Source: Myxococcales bacterium (GTDB taxonomy: Bacteria > Desulfobacterota > Binatia > HRBIN30). Taken from it: a DNA stretch of 64,000 nucleotides. The notes beneath the pieces are model-generated. The model did not search any database, was not told where the DNA came from, and saw nothing but the letters and a program-made list of their open reading frames with translations. Below, in pieces: positions 18,162-27,729 of this stretch. The stretch lies in assembly GCA_037445065.1 (NCBI GenBank), contig JBBILD010000003.1, positions 173,190 to 237,189 on the forward strand, read 5' to 3'. Both the position numbers and the translations under genes were made by a program. Each line of letters starts with the position of its first letter. The first letter of the stretch is position 1.

Positions 18162-21025
18162 GAGTCTTGGTGAGGCGGCCTCAGTCACTGCGCAACGACG
18201 CAGCGTCGCAGGCATGCTTTCTAGGGCTGATCCTGCTGGTGATCGCCCCCCATGTTGTGCGAGCAGCAGAGCCGATCGAGTCCGTGAGAGTCGAGGGAGT
18301 GCAGAGCTGGGAGCGACGTGATGTTGTGGATCGTTTGGGGACCTTACGGCGCCAAGGATGGGAAACTGGAATGGAGCAAGCCTGGCGCGATGCCCTGCTG
18401 GCGAGCGGCGTTTATCAGGACGTAGAAGTTCAAGCCCGCGAGGGAGTGAGAGGCATTGAGGTTGTGGTGTCCGTGCGCAAGCGGCAGCGAATCTCCGCCG
18501 TCGAGTTTGAGGGAAACCGCGCTTTAAGGACGAGTCGTTTGCAGCGCTCTGTTCGATTGCTGGAGGGGCAGGCGCCGGACCAAAAGATCTTGGAGGCAGG
18601 GCGAGCCCGCATCTTGAAACTATACGCGGATGAAGGTTTTCCTGCCACCGCGGTGCAATTCCGCTTCGAACCGGTTGATGCCAATTTACTAAAAGTTCGT
18701 GTGAAAGTTGACGAGGGACCTCAAGAACGAATCGCCTCGATCCACTGGATCGGGGACTGGCCGGGTACTCACACACAGTTGCAAGCATGGAGCGGACTCG
18801 AGCGAGGGCAGCCTTGGACTCGCAAGCGCCGGGACTCTGCCCGCAGGGCTCTAGAAGAACGGCTGCGAGAGCGCGGTTTTCTTGCCGCGGTCGTATCGCT
18901 GAAGGGGGAGCGGCTTGAAGACGGGGCGGTTGACGTCTTCGTGTCGGTGAAGCTCGGCCCTCGGTTCGAGGTACACTTCGAGGGGAACGGGGCTATCTCC
19001 CTCGGTCGTCTGAGGAAACTTTTCGAATCACGTAGAGGGCCCGTCGTGGGTGTGGGTTTCTGGGAACGACTTCGAAGCCGCATTCGCGACGAGTACGAGC
19101 AGGCAGGATATCTAGGTGCCCAAGTTTCGTATGAAGTTGCGGCACCGGAGCCGCATCTCCGGTTAGTGACGTACCGGATCTTCGAAGGCCGCGCCATGCG
19201 GCTGTGCGGGGTAAGTTTTCAAGGCGTGAGGGAGATGCCGGAACGCGCGTTGCTGGACGCGATGGGGTCAGCCTGGAAGAGTTGGAAATTCTGGCGAAAA
19301 CCTCGGCTGACGACTCCGGCGCTGGAAGAAGCGTTACGCCGCATCTGGTTTCTTTACCACCGTTCGGGCTTCGTGGAGGCGCAGGTTTTAGACCGACACG
19401 TGGTCATCGATTGGGAGCGGGGTTGCGTGTACCTCGGCGTACGGATTTTCGAAGGAACGCGGCTTGTCGTGCATGAGCTCGAGGTGCGAGAGTGGCCCGC
19501 GGCAGATCTTCGCGTGCCAAAGCTCGAGACTCGGATCGGTGAGCCATTGGATGAGGAAAAGCTCGAGCGAGACCGGGCTCTCCTGGAGCAGAGCTTAGTG
19601 GAGGCTGGGTATCGGGAGGTCGCGGTGGACGGGGGGTGGAAGGTCCTCTCGCAAGAACTGCCGGCGCGAGTGGGGATTGAGTTCCGTGTGAAGGCTTACC
19701 CTCCAGCTTTTGCAAGGGAAGTTGTGGTAAAGGGCAACTTTGAGACACGGACCCGTTCGATCCTGCGGGCTGCGGGTCTCCAACCGAATCAGCGTGTTAC
19801 GCCTGCTTCGTTGGCGCAGGCACGGGCGAGAGTTTCCAATCTGGGAGTGTTTCGGAACGTGGAGGTGCGGCTCGGCGAATTGCATCGGGAGGCAGCGAAC
19901 CCGCTCGACGCGGGAATTGAGACTGGTGCGCAGCCCAGTACCCTGGTTCAGCGGGTGGCCATTACGGTGGACGAACGTCCGCCGTATTCGTTGAGCATGG
20001 GTGGTGGGTACAGCACGCGAGACGGGTTCCGCGGTTTTTTTGAAGCAGCGCACGGGAACCTCGGGCATCGCGCAGTGCGGCTGGCGATCAGAGCAGACGC
20101 TGCACTGGATCCTGCCGAATCACTCCTGCCGAATGAATACTTGGGCGATTTGAGCTTAAGGATGCCACAGGCATTCGGCGCCGATTGGACATTTCGGGGC
20201 AACTTGCTTGCTCAGCGTTCGACCCGCTCGGTGGATCAGTTCAGCATCGAACGGTTAGCTTTTATCCCCGCCGTGGAATGGAAGGGCGCTCGCGGCGCGG
20301 TGGGCGGAATCGAGCTTCAAGCGGAAACTGCACGGATCTTTGACATTCGTCCGGATGTGCGAAATTTCAACCCCAGGGATGAGGGTCGCCTTTCAAGCCT
20401 TGGGCTCGGGCCGTTTTTTCTCCTCGACCGGCGTGATGATCCTTTCGCCCCGAGCAGCGGGTGGTCCCAAAATTGGCGCCTCCGAATCGTCCCAGACCTC
20501 CCAAACTCTGATGTCCCTCTGATCAAGCTGCAATGGCAGCACAGTCATTACCTTCCGTTGGGAAGGGGCTGGAGTTTGGTAGCGAGCTTGCGGGCTGGTT
20601 GGGCTCGTACCCTAACTGGAGAGGTCGTGCCCCTTCGTGAACGGTTTTTTCTAGGCGGGCGTACGACGGTGCGTGGTTTTTCTGAGAACAGCATTGGACC
20701 GGTGGGCGCACCGATTCTGGACTCATTTGGCCGAATTGTTTTCCCCGGGGGTAGCCCTCTCGGCGGCGATGTCTCTTTGAATTCGAACTTTGAGCTGCGC
20801 TTCCCGTTAGTGGGAGAGGCCTTGGGAGTCCTGTTTGCGGATGGGGGCGGGGTGTACCTCCAGAGTCGCGGAGTGGACTTGAGCGGTTATCGGCGCTCGG
20901 CTGGGGTTGGGTTGCTCTATCGGACACCCGTTGGTCCGCTTGCGTTGCACTGGGGTTTTAAGCTGGACCGGCGCCCAGGTGAGGACGTAGATCGGAAGAG
21001 CATCTCAATTGGCGCGCCGTTTTAG
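18158..21025 (+). CDS. Omp85 family outer membrane protein (TamA/BamA-like) with multiple POTRA domains
   Basis: Repeated (F/V)xGN POTRA motifs, ERFFLGG..TVRGF, RTPVGPL, C-terminal Phe; GTG overlaps the tamB TGA. Confidence 0.9.
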   Translation: MRVLVRRPQSLRNDAASQACFLGLILLVIAPHVVRAAEPIESVRVEGVQSWERRDVVDRLGTLRRQGWETGMEQAWRDALLASGVYQDVEVQAREGVRGIEVVVSVRKRQRISAVEFEGNRALRTSRLQRSVRLLEGQAPDQKILEAGRARILKLYADEGFPATAVQFRFEPVDANLLKVRVKVDEGPQERIASIHWIGDWPGTHTQLQAWSGLERGQPWTRKRRDSARRALEERLRERGFLAAVVSLKGERLEDGAVDVFVSVKLGPRFEVHFEGNGAISLGRLRKLFESRRGPVVGVGFWERLRSRIRDEYEQAGYLGAQVSYEVAAPEPHLRLVTYRIFEGRAMRLCGVSFQGVREMPERALLDAMGSAWKSWKFWRKPRLTTPALEEALRRIWFLYHRSGFVEAQVLDRHVVIDWERGCVYLGVRIFEGTRLVVHELEVREWPAADLRVPKLETRIGEPLDEEKLERDRALLEQSLVEAGYREVAVDGGWKVLSQELPARVGIEFRVKAYPPAFAREVVVKGNFETRTRSILRAAGLQPNQRVTPASLAQARARVSNLGVFRNVEVRLGELHREAANPLDAGIETGAQPSTLVQRVAITVDERPPYSLSMGGGYSTRDGFRGFFEAAHGNLGHRAVRLAIRADAALDPAESLLPNEYLGDLSLRMPQAFGADWTFRGNLLAQRSTRSVDQFSIERLAFIPAVEWKGARGAVGGIELQAETARIFDIRPDVRNFNPRDEGRLSSLGLGPFFLLDRRDDPFAPSSGWSQNWRLRIVPDLPNSDVPLIKLQWQHSHYLPLGRGWSLVASLRAGWARTLTGEVVPLRERFFLGGRTTVRGFSENSIGPVGAPILDSFGRIVFPGGSPLGGDVSLNSNFELRFPLVGEALGVLFADGGGVYLQSRGVDLSGYRRSAGVGLLYRTPVGPLALHWGFKLDRRPGEDVDRKSISIGAPF

Positions 21026-22380
21026 GACGAAGAAATCACTGCAGAATCGTCGGTGGATTCTCGCTTACGGATCGGACCTTCGATGCGAATCTTGCGGAGT
21101 CTCCGTCCTTCCAACACGACGACGGTCATTTTAAACGGGCCCTCGACAATCGCCTCGCCGCCTTTTGGGAAACGTTTCAGTTTCGCCAGAACTAAGCCGG
21201 CGACTGTCCGGTAATCAGGGGTGCTGCGAAACGGCAGGTCGTAACGGGCTGTGAGCTCATCCAGTGGTAGAGAGCCGTGTACTAGGAGGGAGCCGTCCGG
21301 CATTTCTTGCACGGGCTGCTCTTCATCGGTGTCGAATTCGTCGCGAATTTCGCCGACGATCTCTTCGAGCAGGTCTTCGATTGTTACCAGGCCGACGACG
21401 GTTCCAAATTCGTTTACAACGATTGCCATGTGCAGGTGCCGAGCCTGCAGTTCTCGCAGTAAGTCGCTGATTTGCATGGAATCCGGAACGAACAAGGGTG
21501 GGTGGGCCAGGGCTCGAAGCGGCCTCGTTTGAGCGCTCTGCAGTTCGCGGATTACGTCTTTGAGATGCAAGATTCCGACTACGTGGTCCAGATCGTCGTG
21601 AAAAAGGGGTAGACGCGAGAATCCGGTATCTAAATAGAGCTGCATTGCTTCATGAAGGCTGGCGTCTTCACGGACCGCTACGATTTCCGAGCGGGGTACC
21701 ATGACCTCCCTAACAGAGGTGTCCGCGAACTCGAATACGCTGTGGATTAGCTGTCTCTCCGCCTCGTCGAACACGCCCTGGCGGGCACCCTCCTGAACAA
21801 TGTGCTTGACCTCCTCTTCTGAAAAGAGCACCTCCCGTGTTTCTTCAGGAGCACCGAGCAATCGGAGCAAGGCGTTCGTCGAAAGAGTTAAGGCTCGCAC
21901 CAGTGGCTGAGACACGCGGGCCACGAGGTGAATCATGCGCACGGTGAGGAAGGCGAACCGTTCCGGGCTCCGGAGGGCCAGAGATTTCGGCACGAGTTCG
22001 CCGACGACCAAGGACAGATAAGAAATAACGCTCACCGTAACGGCTAGGGCAAGCGTCTCGCTCGCTGCGTCAAGAGGACTGGGCAATAGTTTAGCGAGAA
22101 GGGGAGCGAGGCGAGTTGCCGCGATGGCCCCCGCTAGGACCGAGGCCATAGAGCCTAGAATGGTGACGCCAACCTGCACCGTGGCAAGAAACCGGGAGGG
22201 GTCGTGCTTTAGCTGAAGAATCAAGGCGGCTGTGGTTTTTTCCGACTGTGGTGCCTGCAAGAGCCGGCTTTCCCGGAGGCTGATGATTGCGATCTCTGCA
22301 GCGGAGAAGAAGCCGTTCAGCAAGATCAGCACGAGGATAGCGAGCAGGGGAAGCAAGAGGCCAGTGGAAGTCAGGGCCAT
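21022..22380 (-). CDS. HlyC/CorC (CNNM) family transporter with CBS domains
   Basis: NGFFSAAEIA, GELVPKSLA, FSRLP, EDLLEEIVGEIRDEFD. Confidence 0.92.
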   Translation of the reverse strand: MALTSTGLLLPLLAILVLILLNGFFSAAEIAIISLRESRLLQAPQSEKTTAALILQLKHDPSRFLATVQVGVTILGSMASVLAGAIAATRLAPLLAKLLPSPLDAASETLALAVTVSVISYLSLVVGELVPKSLALRSPERFAFLTVRMIHLVARVSQPLVRALTLSTNALLRLLGAPEETREVLFSEEEVKHIVQEGARQGVFDEAERQLIHSVFEFADTSVREVMVPRSEIVAVREDASLHEAMQLYLDTGFSRLPLFHDDLDHVVGILHLKDVIRELQSAQTRPLRALAHPPLFVPDSMQISDLLRELQARHLHMAIVVNEFGTVVGLVTIEDLLEEIVGEIRDEFDTDEEQPVQEMPDGSLLVHGSLPLDELTARYDLPFRSTPDYRTVAGLVLAKLKRFPKGGEAIVEGPFKMTVVVLEGRRLRKIRIEGPIRKRESTDDSAVISSS

Positions 22381-22404
22381 GAGACAAACCTGGCTTGGCT
22401 TCGC

Positions 22405-23715
22405 TCAGTGGGCAGAGTTTAAACGAGGCGGCTCCCCACGGGCGACGTGCTTCGTAAAAAAGGAATCGAGTGGTTTGCCGGCCACCATGGAGCTCAGCGA
22501 TTGAAACCGTTTTGAGGTTAGGAGACCCTGTGTTTGCGCAAGGAGCGCCACCACGTCATCTAGGCGCCGTGTTCCACCTGTCGATTTGAGGATGCGCTGA
22601 TCGAGCACGTGCATCAGCAGAGGAGCACTATTGTTGGTGGCGGCATTGTCCCGTTGCTGCCGCAGGTCGACGTTCCACAGGCCATAACGGTGGAAGGATC
22701 GGAGCGCCTGATTGTACGTTTTGCTGTCGATGAGCCCTGCGCGACGTTGCAGCTCCACTGAGTAAAACTCGGCCAACCCTTCGACGATCCAGTCAGCGTC
22801 TTGCGCGGGACGGAAGGGCTGCAAGACATGAAAGAGTTCGTGCAAAACAGGGGAAGTCCGATCAACGTCCCGTAATGGACGGTCTCCGTGTAAAAAGAAG
22901 GAGTTGCGCCCGCTGATTCCTCCACGCCACATCGGGTCCGGCGCCGAGACGAGCAATAACTTTTGCGCTACTCTCGCGCGCTGGCTGCCGCTCAAGAGTT
23001 TCAACAGCGGCGGCAACGTGGCATCCAAAAATGTGAAGGTGGACTCTGCATCCAACTGGGAGCCCGGCACGCGTGCAATTTCGATGCGCACCCCGGCCAC
23101 GTCTCTCTCGTCGGACTTTACGTGCCCTAACGCAAACCACCCACGTGGGACGGGTAGCCCCTTGCCAGGAGGAAGCCGGAAGGATTCAGCGGTTTCGACC
23201 GGGTATGCAGTGGTGGCAACCCATCCTCTGGGTAACCGGAATCTGATCGTCGCTTGCACGTCGCTACGAGAGTTGTGAAAGGAGAGCACGCGCTCCCGAT
23301 ACGCTATTTGTGCGCGCGGAAACAAGATGCGGCCACGAGTGACAATCCAGTTAGGGCCGGCGTAACTGTCATACTGATGCCTGCCGCCACGGTGTTGATT
23401 GACCTCGACCCGGTACGTAAGGTGCCCGTAGGGTCCGGAAAGTCGCCACTTCCATACCTGGTCTTCGTGGGTCAACACTCCGGAGGAGGATGGGCTCCTG
23501 AGTCTGCCCTCAGCGTCAGGCAACCTGATCTCCCGGATTTCGTCAGCGCCTACGAACTCCCACCTGACGACTAGCTCACTCGCTCCCGGACGAGGTACGG
23601 TTACGGTGTAGTAGGCCGAGAACGTCGCGTGCGCTGGCCGCACGAACAAAGCCGCGTCGCGACTACCGCTAAGGATGAAAAGGAGAACGGGGGTAAATCT
23701 CGCGAGGCGCTTCAC
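22405..23715 (-). CDS. secreted gluzincin-type metallopeptidase (M61/M1-like)
   Basis: Signal peptide, HELFH followed by WIVEGLAEFY. Confidence 0.65.
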   Translation of the reverse strand: MKRLARFTPVLLFILSGSRDAALFVRPAHATFSAYYTVTVPRPGASELVVRWEFVGADEIREIRLPDAEGRLRSPSSSGVLTHEDQVWKWRLSGPYGHLTYRVEVNQHRGGRHQYDSYAGPNWIVTRGRILFPRAQIAYRERVLSFHNSRSDVQATIRFRLPRGWVATTAYPVETAESFRLPPGKGLPVPRGWFALGHVKSDERDVAGVRIEIARVPGSQLDAESTFTFLDATLPPLLKLLSGSQRARVAQKLLLVSAPDPMWRGGISGRNSFFLHGDRPLRDVDRTSPVLHELFHVLQPFRPAQDADWIVEGLAEFYSVELQRRAGLIDSKTYNQALRSFHRYGLWNVDLRQQRDNAATNNSAPLLMHVLDQRILKSTGGTRRLDDVVALLAQTQGLLTSKRFQSLSSMVAGKPLDSFFTKHVARGEPPRLNSAH

Positions 23716-23722
23716 GTTGAAA

Positions 23723-24316
23723 TCACTCGTTTTTCGATGGCAATGAGGTGCCGAACGGATCTACCTTGGTTCCAGCGACTCCCGCAGATCCACCTTCCCG
23801 CAAAAGTGTTTGGAAAAAGTCGAGCAGCTCCTTGGAGTCCCACTCTTGCGGTCCAACGAGGTGACGGACAATCCTTCCGGCCGAGTCGATGACAAACGTC
23901 TCCGGGTAGCCCGTCACCCCGAACAGCTTAGGGAGGCGCATTTGCGGGTCCAGCGCTACCAAGAACGAAATCGAGTGAGCATCCACGACGGAACGAACGT
24001 TCGCCGCGTCCTCATCAACGCTGACTGCGATCAAAACTAGACCTTCAGGCGCCAGCCTCCTGTGTAAACGCTCCATGGAGGGAAGTTCTTCGCGACATGG
24101 TGGACACCACGTCGCCCAAAAATTCAGGAGTACAACGGAACCCTGTAATTGGTGTAGTTGGATGAGCTTCCCATCCAGCGTCCGCACAGAGAAGTCGGGG
24201 GCCTCGAAGCGGGAGGGAGTGGCAGACTGCTGTCTGATGAGCAGCACCAGGGACAACACCAATCCTAGGAGCAGAAACCCAGCAGCAAGCCATTGGCTCT
24301 TGGCCGGCGACGTCAC
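23723..24316 (-). CDS. TlpA/ResA-like thiol-disulfide oxidoreductase
   Basis: N-terminal TM, LNFWATWCPPCREELP, YPETFVID; GTG overlaps the lgt stop. Confidence 0.92.
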   Translation of the reverse strand: MTSPAKSQWLAAGFLLLGLVLSLVLLIRQQSATPSRFEAPDFSVRTLDGKLIQLHQLQGSVVLLNFWATWCPPCREELPSMERLHRRLAPEGLVLIAVSVDEDAANVRSVVDAHSISFLVALDPQMRLPKLFGVTGYPETFVIDSAGRIVRHLVGPQEWDSKELLDFFQTLLREGGSAGVAGTKVDPFGTSLPSKNE

Positions 24317-25095
24317 GTTCTTCCCGACATTCGTACAGGATCGCCTTGCAAGCGAGCCCAGACAAGATGCGCGGCTGCAGCGAATGCCAAGGCGATGCTG
24401 ATCAATTGGGCGAGGGACAAGCCCAGTGCAATGGCAGGGTTGATACGTAGGAATTCGATGAAGAAGCGAGCGATCGCTGCGAGAAAAAGGTACGAGGAGA
24501 AAAGCATCCCATCTGCCCGAGGGTGGCGTCGCTGAATCCACAGGAAGACGAAAATGGCTCCGTAAGCAGCGGCTTCGTACAAGGGAGTCGGGTGGACTAG
24601 GACGCCTTCCGGGTGCGGCCAGCCCACGATCGCGTTTCGGTAGGCGACTCCCCAAGGCAGAGTGGTGACTTTGCCCCAGTCACCATCTCCTGCGAGGTGG
24701 CAACCAATCCGACCGATTGCATGACCCAACGGGATCGCCGGGGCGGCGCAGTTAAACACGTCAAGCACTGACAGCCGTTGCCGCTTGATCCAAACGACCG
24801 CGGCCAAAATCCCTCCGAAAAAACCCCCGTACCAAACGAATCCCGACCCCGAGAGCAAAAAGTGGAGCGGACTGCGTAGGAACGATTGCGGGTTTTCGAG
24901 TACCAAAAATGCTCTAGCCCCTAACAAACCGCCGATGGCAGCCCAAACGGCTAGGCTCCAGGCCAGGTCTGCGTTCATACTATGGCGGGCAAATTCCTTG
25001 GCGGTCAAGAACCCCGACACCAGGAAAGCGAGAGCCATCATTAGGCCGAATGAGTAAATGGTCAGCGGGCCGATTTGAAAAATCACCGGATACAT
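24313..25095 (-). CDS. lgt: prolipoprotein diacylglyceryl transferase
   Basis: MYPVIFQIGP, GFVWYGG, IGRIGC, HPTPLYE, RFFIEFLR. Confidence 0.93.
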   Translation of the reverse strand: MYPVIFQIGPLTIYSFGLMMALAFLVSGFLTAKEFARHSMNADLAWSLAVWAAIGGLLGARAFLVLENPQSFLRSPLHFLLSGSGFVWYGGFFGGILAAVVWIKRQRLSVLDVFNCAAPAIPLGHAIGRIGCHLAGDGDWGKVTTLPWGVAYRNAIVGWPHPEGVLVHPTPLYEAAAYGAIFVFLWIQRRHPRADGMLFSSYLFLAAIARFFIEFLRINPAIALGLSLAQLISIALAFAAAAHLVWARLQGDPVRMSGRT

Positions 25096-25446
25096 GGCCG
25101 TAAATACGTGTCTCTCTAGTGGACTCGTTAGACAGCTTCCAGGTGGGGTTCTTCGCCTTGTGCCTCGATCGCCCGCTCGGAGCCGCCGGGAATACCGGTG
25201 CCAGATGAAGAGCTTGAAGACGCGTGATCGGCCAAACGTGCACACGACGACTGCGGTTGACCGCGGGGAGGGTTGCTGCGATCAAAGCAGGAGAGTGTAG
25301 TATTTGGCTGGCGAAGCCCCGCCGCACCATGATTGGCGGGCCCAGCGAGCGTGAGCGATCGCATAGTGCTCTGCGGTCCCGCCCGTGGTCTTCGGGGACC
25401 GGTTGACAGGACGTCCTCTGTGCCCTTAACAGACTGATGTATCGGA

Positions 25447-25881
25447 GTGGAAAATCTCATGCGGATGGTCCTGCCTTCACGGAGAGAACGGCAAGCCATC
25501 TTGAAGGCGCTGGAGGACTTTTTCGAAACCCACCGGCAAAGCTTCTTTGATCAGGCGGTGCGCTCTCTTTGCCGCTTTTACCGTCTGAAGCGCCCAAAGG
25601 TGGAATGGTTCGAATACATCGATTGGGGACGAGTGGTTGGAAAGACTTACGAAGACGGGAAAATCCACTTGGTTCATCCTGAAAACTGGAAGAACGGCCG
25701 CAAGTACAACTCACGAAAACAGTGGGTTGATGCGGTGTTTCACGAGTTTGGTCACTACGTCTTTTGGGCGGACGCGGAACGTAAAGCGGATTTGTTCGCA
25801 AAACGCATGCTAAGCGGCATTGTGCGCCCAAGCCGTCGTGCATATCGAGGCGACAGAACGGGCAGCGTGCGCAGCCGCTAA
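25447..25881 (+). CDS. small HExxH zinc metallopeptidase-like protein
   Basis: HEFGH followed by ERKADLFA; natural-looking composition; TTGACA at 25403 upstream. Confidence 0.7.
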   Translation: MENLMRMVLPSRRERQAILKALEDFFETHRQSFFDQAVRSLCRFYRLKRPKVEWFEYIDWGRVVGKTYEDGKIHLVHPENWKNGRKYNSRKQWVDAVFHEFGHYVFWADAERKADLFAKRMLSGIVRPSRRAYRGDRTGSVRSR

Positions 25882-25885
25882 GCAT

Positions 25886-26458
25886 ATGACGGAACGGGGG
25901 AGCATCATGGACTCGCAAAACCAATTGGGTAGTAAGTGGTGGGTCGATACTGGACGGACGGATCGGCCCCCCGCAAAGCCGGGAATAGCAGGTAGTACGT
26001 CACTGGCCGGAATGCGATTTTACAAAGTGGCCGACGGCTTTGAGCAAGAGAGCGCTCGGGAAAAGTTGACGGACAACAACCTGAAAGTCTTGCTTTCTGC
26101 CTCTCCGGAACCCGGCACTTGGAAAGAGGTCGCCTTGGTACCGCATAAACGCGCACCGAAGAGGGAAGTTGCAAGAGTGATTGACAGTGTTGCACTGCCG
26201 GCGTATGCGCGTGGAGTGATCGTCGACTGCGGCCAAGTCTTACGGTTGCTCGTTACAGGGACACCCATCGGCGAGCGCATTTTGGAACTCGCCCTTGTCG
26301 AGCCGCCTTCTTTTGATGCGTGGGTTGAGGATGAGTGGGTTGAGGAGCGATTGTTTCCCGGGCGCAGGCGAGCCTTACGCGAATTTCGTCAGCTCATTCG
26401 TGACTATTTGTCCCCAGACGCCATCGCCCTTCAAAAGAGCATTGCACCCGCCGTGTGA
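25886..26458 (+). CDS. hypothetical protein
   Basis: ATG 4 nt after the previous stop; protein-like composition; no recognised motif. Confidence 0.65.
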   Translation: MTERGSIMDSQNQLGSKWWVDTGRTDRPPAKPGIAGSTSLAGMRFYKVADGFEQESAREKLTDNNLKVLLSASPEPGTWKEVALVPHKRAPKREVARVIDSVALPAYARGVIVDCGQVLRLLVTGTPIGERILELALVEPPSFDAWVEDEWVEERLFPGRRRALREFRQLIRDYLSPDAIALQKSIAPAV

Positions 26459-26556
26459 AGATTGGAACCTTCTTCATGCTAAGTTGCTCCCACTCGACCG
26501 GATTTAATTCGCGTCGGCCACAGGCCTGTGCTGTCAGAAGTCGGCGGCTTTGAAGC

Positions 26557-26805
26557 TTAAAGCAGGCGCCGGCCACGCAGACGGTGAAAAGATTTGCGGA
26601 TACCGAAGTAGTAGCAGCAGAGTTCGTGATCCAGGTCATTGTGGAAAGTGCGCTGCTTGCCGTCCGCGAAATCAATGCGCACCAGGCAAGTGCCACCGTT
26701 GAGCGAGGACGTCATTTCCTCGACGACAACCCCTTCACCCCATTTGGCGTGCGCGAGGTGAACGACCCGGTCACCGACACGCAAGAATAAACGCGGGGAA
26801 GCCAT
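26557..26805 (-). CDS. small SH3/Tudor-like protein, DUF3553-like
   Basis: GDRVVH...WGEGVV...RIDFADG pattern; AAGGAG upstream on the minus strand. Confidence 0.7.
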   Translation of the reverse strand: MASPRLFLRVGDRVVHLAHAKWGEGVVVEEMTSSLNGGTCLVRIDFADGKQRTFHNDLDHELCCYYFGIRKSFHRLRGRRLL

Positions 26806-26936
26806 GAGCTCTCTCCTTGGCCGAGTGAACAGCGATCCTCACATGTGCAACGCTCTTGTTTGCGCTTTAGCACGACTCTGCCTATCGGAGGAAGCGTTCA
26901 AGCTGTGACCAGTGGAAGTGAACTACAGTCTCGCGC

Positions 26937-26965
26937 TTGACTGGGGAGTGGAGGCTCCGTATTTT
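26937..26965 (+). promoter_or_regulatory. sigma70-type promoter for mobA
   Basis: TTGACT-17 nt-TATTTT. Confidence 0.5.
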
Positions 26966-26979
26966 TTGGCGACGTTGCG

Positions 26980-27642
26980 GTGGTTTACCTCGTGAGTTCC
27001 CCTGCTCCTCCTCTGAACGAGTTTGTTCCCGTGGGCTCCGAGCCGAGTGGAGCAGCGGTGGTGTTAGCGGGTGGGAAAAATTCCCGCATGGGGGGCGTGG
27101 ATAAAGCGTTCATGCGGGTAGAAGGGCAGCCCTGCATCGTCCGCATCCTCGCAACGCTCCGAAGGTTGTTCGCTCCGATCGTCGTGGTGACCAACCGTCC
27201 GGAAAAATACAGGGAGTTTGGCGAAATCGTGGTGGTGCGAGATGATTTCCCCGGATACGGGCCATTGGCTGGCTTGTACACTGGCTTGAGGACGGTTGTG
27301 GCCGAGGCTTATTTTGTAGTGGCGTGCGACATGCCTTTCTTGCGGTGGGAACCGATTCGGTACTTAGCGCGGTACATGCCCGGGGTGGATGCAGTCATTC
27401 CGTATTGGGAAGGCGACCTGGAACCCCTGCACGGTTTTTACGCCCGCTCAGTGTTGCCGGTCGCGGAAAGATTGTTGCGTGAGGGCAAAGCGGGAGTGCG
27501 TGAACTGCTCTCGCAAGTGAGGGTTCACTATGTTCCCGAAGCCGAACTGAAAGCAGTACCGGGAGCGGAAGAAAGCTTTCGAAACGTCAATACTCCCGCG
27601 GATGCGATGCGTTTTTCAGTGGAACTAGTTTCTTGGGGTTAG
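26980..27642 (+). CDS. mobA: molybdenum cofactor guanylyltransferase
   Basis: VLAGGKNSRMGGVDKA, GPLAGL, ACDMPFL, EPLHGFY, NVNTPAD. Confidence 0.93.
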   Translation: MVYLVSSPAPPLNEFVPVGSEPSGAAVVLAGGKNSRMGGVDKAFMRVEGQPCIVRILATLRRLFAPIVVVTNRPEKYREFGEIVVVRDDFPGYGPLAGLYTGLRTVVAEAYFVVACDMPFLRWEPIRYLARYMPGVDAVIPYWEGDLEPLHGFYARSVLPVAERLLREGKAGVRELLSQVRVHYVPEAELKAVPGAEESFRNVNTPADAMRFSVELVSWG

Positions 27643-27729
27643 GTGTAGGGAAGACTTGAGAGAAGGAGCGGACCCCGAGTGCCAGAGGGGTAGGTACGAG
27701 AGAGCGGCTCCGGAAGCGACGAATTGTTT

